Made by a program: the position numbers and the translations under genes. This document shows positions 52,161 through 64,000 of a DNA stretch of 64,000 nt, in pieces (position 1 is the stretch's first letter; each line of letters opens with the position of its first letter). A model generated the notes under the pieces. It had not been told where the DNA came from. It saw only the letters and a program-made list of their open reading frames with translations, and made no database searches. The stretch is from the NCBI RefSeq assembly GCF_036321535.1, contig NC_087460.1, forward strand, positions 4,588,001-4,652,000. The letters run 5' to 3'. Source of the DNA: Camelus dromedarius. Lineage: Eukaryota.

Positions 52161-53599
52161 TTTTTTTAATTTTAGGAAAAGAATAAGGGACCTAAGGCTA
52201 CCACGCACACAGACCTTTGTGCATTTAAGAGCTCAGTGCTGCATCCAGTCCCAACCCTCCACTCCCTTGACCTGAGCAGTGTATGATGTTCTGACACTTC
52301 TTCTTTTCCTAGGCTGGCCCGGATATTGGCCAACAGAGTGCCTGTCCTAGGCCTGCAGCAGGAGAGGAGAGAGGTGTATCTAAAGCTCAGACAAGCCCCT
52401 TCACACTTTTGTGAGCCCCACTCCTGGGCACACTCCTGACCAGGACCCCAGCTCCTCCACTAGGAGCCAGTCCAGCCAGTCAGAGCAAACAGATTAAGGA
52501 TGTACGCTGAACAGGGCCCTCCAGGGCGGAGGTGTGCATGGTGCCCAGGTGACCTCCCTCAAGACAGCAAGTCAGCCCCTCATGCCTAGAGAGGCATTCC
52601 TGAGTCACAAGGAGGCAGTGTGGTTGCTGGAATGAGCTGGGACCCAGACTCAGGACCCCTGGACTCTAGGCTGGCTCTGCCATGGACTGGCTATGAGACA
52701 TGGAGGAGCCATAAACCCGTATAGTCCAGAAATATGTGCTGGACACGCGGTCTGTGCTGGACTCTGTATGAAGTTCCTGGAGCCAGACTTACAGATTCAG
52801 GGCAGGCCGTTGCAGCAGATGGCGAGCTGGGGTCATGGGGAGCAGCCTGCGTGGGGGCTGTGCAGCCTGGGGTGGGGTGCTTTCCAGAGCCCTAGTGACC
52901 CTCAAGGACAGTTAGTAGTTAGCCAGGAGCACAGAAACTTGGCAACCAGAGAGACTGGCATAGGGCACAGTGGGGTGCTGTTAATAGCTTGCAGGGAAAT
53001 GGGGGGAAGCAAGACAGCAGGGACCAGACCAAGCCCTCCTAGGATCCTAGTCTTGTCTACCTGGCAACCTGGTTTGTCTCCTCATTCTTAAGGCGAGGGG
53101 GCTGGACTGGTGGGCTGCCAGCTGCCTCCAGTTCAAAGGGGTTCAAAGGCTTCTGGGTGAGAGGCCGGGACTGAGGGCAGTGGCTGCCCAGCCCCAGCCC
53201 AGCTGCCCTGCTCCTGGGAACACGGCATACACGTGCTCCACGTTCTCTGAGGATGGGGAGCAGGGGCCTCTGCACCCTCTGGAGGGACTCATAGGTGACC
53301 TGTGTACAATAATGTGTGGGCTGGGTTGGGTCAGGGATGGGAGGGCTGGCTGGCTTGTGACTCTTTTATAGTTTGTCTTAAAAAGTCACACAACAGGGTG
53401 GGAACCCGGGAGCCTAGACAGCCTTCCAACTTGGACTGCTGCTTCCCAGATGCTGGTCTGGCTGGCTGTCCCAGGCTCTCCGAGGGTCTCTCGAGAGACC
53501 TCCAAGTTTGACTGTCCCAGGCCCCTCCATTTTTTGGATCTGGTGCCTGTCTGGAACGCCATCTGTTCCCAGGTCAGCTCCGCCCCAGCTTGGCTCTCC

Positions 53600-59392
<5,793 letters not shown>

Positions 59393-60021
59393 CAGCGCCA
59401 AGGACCCAATTTGTCACCCGCGCCTGACGGAGTCTGGGAGAAGCCAGGAGAAGGGAGGCTGCCCTACCCACACAGGACTGACAGAGGGCCTGGGTAGGGC
59501 CCCCGAGAGATGGACCCTGAGGGGCTGGGCCTCAGACATGTCCCTGAGAGCAGGGCTGGCACTGGCTGTGTACCGTGCCCGTCGCAGGACTCACCTCCGC
59601 CTGAGCAGGCCTGAGACTCCGCAGCAGACCCCTGCCCCCTGGGGCTGCACCAGCTCGGCTTCAGGCCCGGCCAGGGCACGCGACGCTAACAGCTGCCCCA
59701 GTGGCATCCACACCCCGAGCATGGCACGGAAGGGAGCCAGCCACGTGGTCACTGCAAGGACATCGCCGGGACCGCTGGCAGATTCGTGGTGCTCATGCCC
59801 AAGCTTCAGAGGCCCTTCGTGGGCCCACACTTCGCACGGACCAAGGTGGACCCTACATGAGGCTGGAGTGACTCGGAGGACCACACTCCCCTCCCTTCCT
59901 AGACAGGAAAGAGGTTGTGACCTCCTTATAACCGGGGGTTGGGGTGGGGTTCTAGGTATAGGGGAAAGTTTTGGAGGAGGAGGGACGTGGCGAGTGTATT
60001 TATAAATTGTAACCACATGCA

Positions 60022-60027
60022 AATAAA
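60022..60027 (+). terminator. LTBR poly(A) signal AATAAA
   Basis: Canonical hexamer about 630 nt after the stop codon. Confidence 0.8.
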
Positions 60028-60648
60028 GAAGAGATTGATCATTTATCTCCGTGGGATTTATAGAGAAAGGCTGTTCCCTAATTCCACAAGGCATTTCTAT
60101 GAGGGGCTGGTACATGGAATTCGAGTGATAACAGTTTGGCCAGCATGGAATTCATGTGATGACAGTCTGGCCAGCGATCGCATACAGTGTGGCAGGCAGA
60201 GTTCTCAATGCTGTACAAGCTCATCCTATGCAACCCTCACAAGACCCCAAGAAGGCAGCTACAATGATGATTCCCATCTAACAAGTGGGGAGACAGGCCC
60301 AGAGAGGGAGTCACCTGCCCAGTTCAACTGCAAATGGCACAGTGGGGACATGCACCCATGAGTCTCTCTTGGGTAAAAACTTTGCAACCGCACCCTTACA
60401 GAACTTCTTGGAACAAGTAAAATGGGCTGTTTTCCTCAAATAATCAGACTTTTCTGCAAATCCTGTAGGCATTAAGTCTCAGCCAATTCTCAAACCCCCA
60501 GACTCAAGGCTAAGTGCAAAAGTGTTTGGCAAAAGCTGGATGAAGGGAAAGGTATATGCTTTAGACACAAAGTGAGAGGCGAGGCTCACATTCTGCCGGT
60601 GAAGAAATCGTGGCCGACATGACTTTTACTTTATTTCTTCTTGTCTTG

Positions 60649-61080
60649 CAGGCATATCTTGCTTTATTGTGTCTCACTTTAGTGCACTTTTTTACAAATT
60701 GGAGCAACCCTGCATTATTGATGATGGTTAGCATTTTTTTTAAAGCAAGTACACTGAATTTTTTTTAATTTAAATTTTACTGTATTATTATTTTTTTTAA
60801 TGGAGGTACTGGGGATTGAACCCATGACCTCATGCATGCTAGGCATACGCTGTACCACTGAGCTATACCCTCCCCACAATGGTTAGCATTTTTTAGCAAT
60901 AAAGTAGTTTTAAATTAAGGCATGTGCATTAGTTTTTAGACATAATGCTACTGCACACTTAACAGACTACAGTCTAGTGTACACATAACTTTTATATGCC
61001 CCGGGAAACCAAAAAATTCGTGTGACTGGCTTTATCGCAGTGGTCAGGGACTGAACCTACAATATTTCCGAGTATGCCTC
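60649..61080 (+). mobile_element. Internally deleted Tigger1 (TcMar) element
   Basis: TIRs CAGGCATATC...GAGTATGCCTC(TA); 3' segment ...tagacataatgcta...gggaaaccaaaaaattcgtgtgact matches the recalled Tigger1 end. Confidence 0.8.
60735..60875 (-). mobile_element. Vic-1-like SINE nested in Tigger1
   Basis: Head on minus; TSD atggttagcattttt at about 60724 and 60879. Confidence 0.9.
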
Positions 61081-61649
61081 TATTTTCTTTTTTCCCGAAA
61101 AGAACTTTAAATCTTCTCAACTCTCTTATTGTTTGGGAATGTTTGGGCCGCCAGGATTTATCTACCATGCTGTCCAGTAGAGACGATCCTAGCTTGAAGG
61201 ATTGGGAGGGGAGCTGCCGCCGGCCGACCGCTCCTTCCATAAAAGGCCACCGTCTGGGTCTAGTGTTATGATTCCGGTTCTGTTGCTGGGGCTTCTCAAG
61301 GTGCAGAGGCTACACAGCACACGCTCCAGGAGTCGTCTGATCCAGCTGAGTGGCTGGGTTATTTAAGGTCGACCTTGAAAGTATTCGAATCCCACTTCCT
61401 TTTTTGAGAAGTAAATAATACGAGCTGTATCTTCAGATGCAGAGTTAAATCCTCCTGCTCTTGCTGTCTGCTAGAACCAGACAACGGGATTCCTTATTCA
61501 CTGCACCAATGTGTTTTGATAAAAAAAAAAAAACCCAACCTTGTAAAATTTTTTTCCCAACAAAATAAAGGGAGGAAATAATTTTTGAAGAAACGGTGCT
61601 AAGGCACAGCCCCATGTGACACCATTCAAATTTAGGAATCTACATCCCT

Positions 61650-62013
61650 GTATTAATTTGCTAGGGTGGCCATGACCCAGGACTGCAGACAGGGTGGNNN
61701 NNNNNNNNNNNNNNNNNNNNNNNNNNNNNNNNNNNNNNNNNNNNNNNNNNNNNNNNNNNNNNNNNNNNNNNNNNNNNNNNNNNNNNNNNNNNNNNNNNNN
61801 NNNNNNNNNNNNNNNNNNNNNNNNNNNNNNNNNNNNNNNNNNNNNNNNNNNNNNNNNNNNNNNNNNNNNNNNNNNNNNNNNNNNNNNNNNNNNNNNNNNN
61901 NNNNNNNNNNNNNNNNNNNNNNCTTTAGTTATCTCTTTGAAGACCACATCTCCAAATATAGCCGTGGTCTGAGGTACTGAGGGTTGTGACTTCGACAAAT
62001 GAGTTCACGTTCA
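61650..62013 (-). mobile_element. MLT1A-type LTR, with N gap inside
   Basis: Begins gtattaatttgctagggtggcca and ends gaggtactgaggg...ttcagcccataaca. Confidence 0.7.
61698..61922. other. N gap
   Basis: 225 N. Confidence 0.99.
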
Positions 62014-62479
62014 GCCCATAACATTTCCCGTCTTCCTCACATCACCAGTGCTGAGTTAATACAGGCTCCAACACACATGAACAGAACATACTTCATACAG
62101 AGAGGAGCTCCTGTCTACAATGAAAGCGGATAGAAAACCAATGAAGACAGCCTCTTGATTGTTATCTTCAAAAGACAGAACTGGATACAATGGTAGGTAC
62201 TAGTGAATCCAGCTAGTCCCATATTATTTTTGAGAACTCCACTCCTATACCACATGGAGGAGAAAGCCAATACTGAATCCAGCCCATGTCAACATGGGCA
62301 GGGAGGCCAGGGGGAGGCTAAGGCAGAGAGAGACGGATGTAGCTGAGTGTAGAGTGTAGCAGTGGGAGATGTGGGTATGCAGTTCTAAGTAATTAACAAT
62401 TTCTCTTTTCAGAAGATGGAGCGATTCACATGGACAGCTGAGTGGACTCTTTTTGCTACCTACCCAACAGACTTCTGCA

Positions 62480-62960
62480 ACTTTCCTAGGAACAGACTCC
62501 TATTTCTATACTAGGGCAGAGATTCCATGATACCAGGAGAGAGGGGCCTTTCTCCCAATTCCAGGGGCCAGTAAACCCATTCCCCTCTGCTAGGGATTGG
62601 TTCAGGATAAGCATGGGATCCATTCTGGCCAACGACATTTGCAGGGAAGTCTTCCTTTCCAGGACAAAAAGCATCATTAGGAGAAAGTTTTTGGCTTTCC
62701 TTGTCCCTTTTTTCTTGAGTAGGGGATGTTTGAGAGGACACGATTCCTGAGCTGTGGCAGCCATCTTGCTATCATGAGGAAAAGACATGGAGCTAAAAAG
62801 CTAGTTCTCTGAGATGGAAGTCCTAGAAGAAAAGTAAAAACCTAGTTTGTGAGACATCATTGAGCAACTGAACCAACAGTCAGTGAGCACCTACTTCTGG
62901 GCTTCTTTTTGTGAGAGAAAAAACAAGTCGCCATTTGTGTCAATCACAGTAAGTCAAGTT
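62480..62960. mobile_element. ERVL LTR16/LTR33-like element
   Basis: gggattggttcagg, ggcagccatcttg and acatcattgagc motifs. Subfamily uncertain. Confidence 0.5.
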
Positions 62961-64000
62961 TTCCTTTTTTCTTTTTTTTTAAAGTTATAACTTTATTTCC
63001 TCTTTTGGAGTAGGTAATTTATTCACATGGCTCAAAATTCAAAAAGTATCTGAGAGTAAATGGTGAAATGTCTCTTTCACTCTGATCCATCAACCATCAA
63101 GGTCCCTTCCCTGGAAGTAACCAATGTTATTGTTTCTGACCTTTTTCCAGAGGTGATTTATGCACATTCAAGCAAATATACATACATATATTCCTTTCCT
63201 CCTTTTTTCTGCAAGTGGTAGCATATTCTTTGTATATTTCCTCCTTGCCTTCATCATTTATCAAAATGGCTTGGCCATAATGTCATAGTGTTGTCAAAAC
63301 GTCCTCATTAATTTTCATATCTGTAAGAAGTAGCCCATTGTATGGCTGCATCATTTAGCTAGATCCCTTTGAGGATTTTTAATTAATTACTGGCCTTTAC
63401 TATTAAAAACAATTCTACAACAATAACCTATGTTGTTTTGTACATGTGGGAGTATTGCTGTCAAACATTTGCTAGAAATAAAATTGGAGGTCAAAAGGTA
63501 CATATATTTTATTTTGATAAATATTACCAAATTGCCCTTGATAGAGATGAAAATCAGCACTTTTTAAGTGTCCCTTCTCATATACAAACACCAACCTTGG
63601 TCTGCTAACAAACATTTTAATCTTTGCCAATTTGAAAGGTGAAAAATGGTATCTCAGTGTAATTTTTATTTGCATTTTTAATTGAAGTTTTTCATTTCAT
63701 TGTGACTGAACATTTTCATATGTTAAAGAATCATTTGTAATTTGTTTTCCACTAACATTTCATCTCTTTTATAATTTTTCTATTGGACAATTATCAAATG
63801 TTATCTTGTTATCCCAGAAATCATCTATTGAACAATGATTTTTTTTCTCTTCACTAATTTGAAACACTACCATTATCATAAACTGAATTTGTGTACGAAT
63901 TTGAATTTACTTCTGTATTTTCAATTCTCTTTCTTTGATTTGTCTTTTTAATTTGCTAGCACCACTGTCTTTCAATTATTTTAGCTTTATATGTTAATCT
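62960..64000 (-). mobile_element. Old L1 fragment, antisense
   Basis: T-rich; aaaatggtatctcagtgtaatttttatttgcattt is the reverse of an L1 ORF2 3' motif. Confidence 0.8.

Noticed and set aside
61237-61246. Perfect CArG box CCATAAAAGG
   Set aside because: About four such matches are expected by chance in 64 kb; no supporting context.

Overview
Mammalian genomic DNA, most likely a camelid, inferred from eight copies of a tRNA-derived SINE matching camelid Vic-1. The window is the locus syntenic to human 12p13.31. It holds the last three coding exons of PLEKHG6 (+), complete TNFRSF1A (-, 10 exons, 445 aa), SCNN1A/alpha-ENaC (-, 12 coding exons, 651 aa from the ATG at 44984, with part of exon 2 in an N gap) and complete LTBR (+, 10 exons, 421 aa). 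I traced all exon boundaries by hand; they are GT-AG with consistent phases. The rest is intronic or intergenic DNA with SINE, L1, L2, MIR, LTR and DNA-transposon fragments, microsatellites and N gaps. Best leads: (1) a hidden in-frame alternative LTBR first exon lying antisense inside SCNN1A exon 1A; (2) a Ser-to-Gly change in the alpha-ENaC pore helix; (3) a phase-compatible SCNN1A-TNFRSF1A read-through, with a duplicated SCNN1A poly(A) signal and a SINE at the cleavage site; (4) a single-module alpha-ENaC N-terminus with a shifted splice acceptor; (5) a triplicated (UG)n module in the TNFR1 3'UTR. Comparisons to human or other orthologues are from memory, not from a database search, and need verification. 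Repeat family names and boundaries are approximate.
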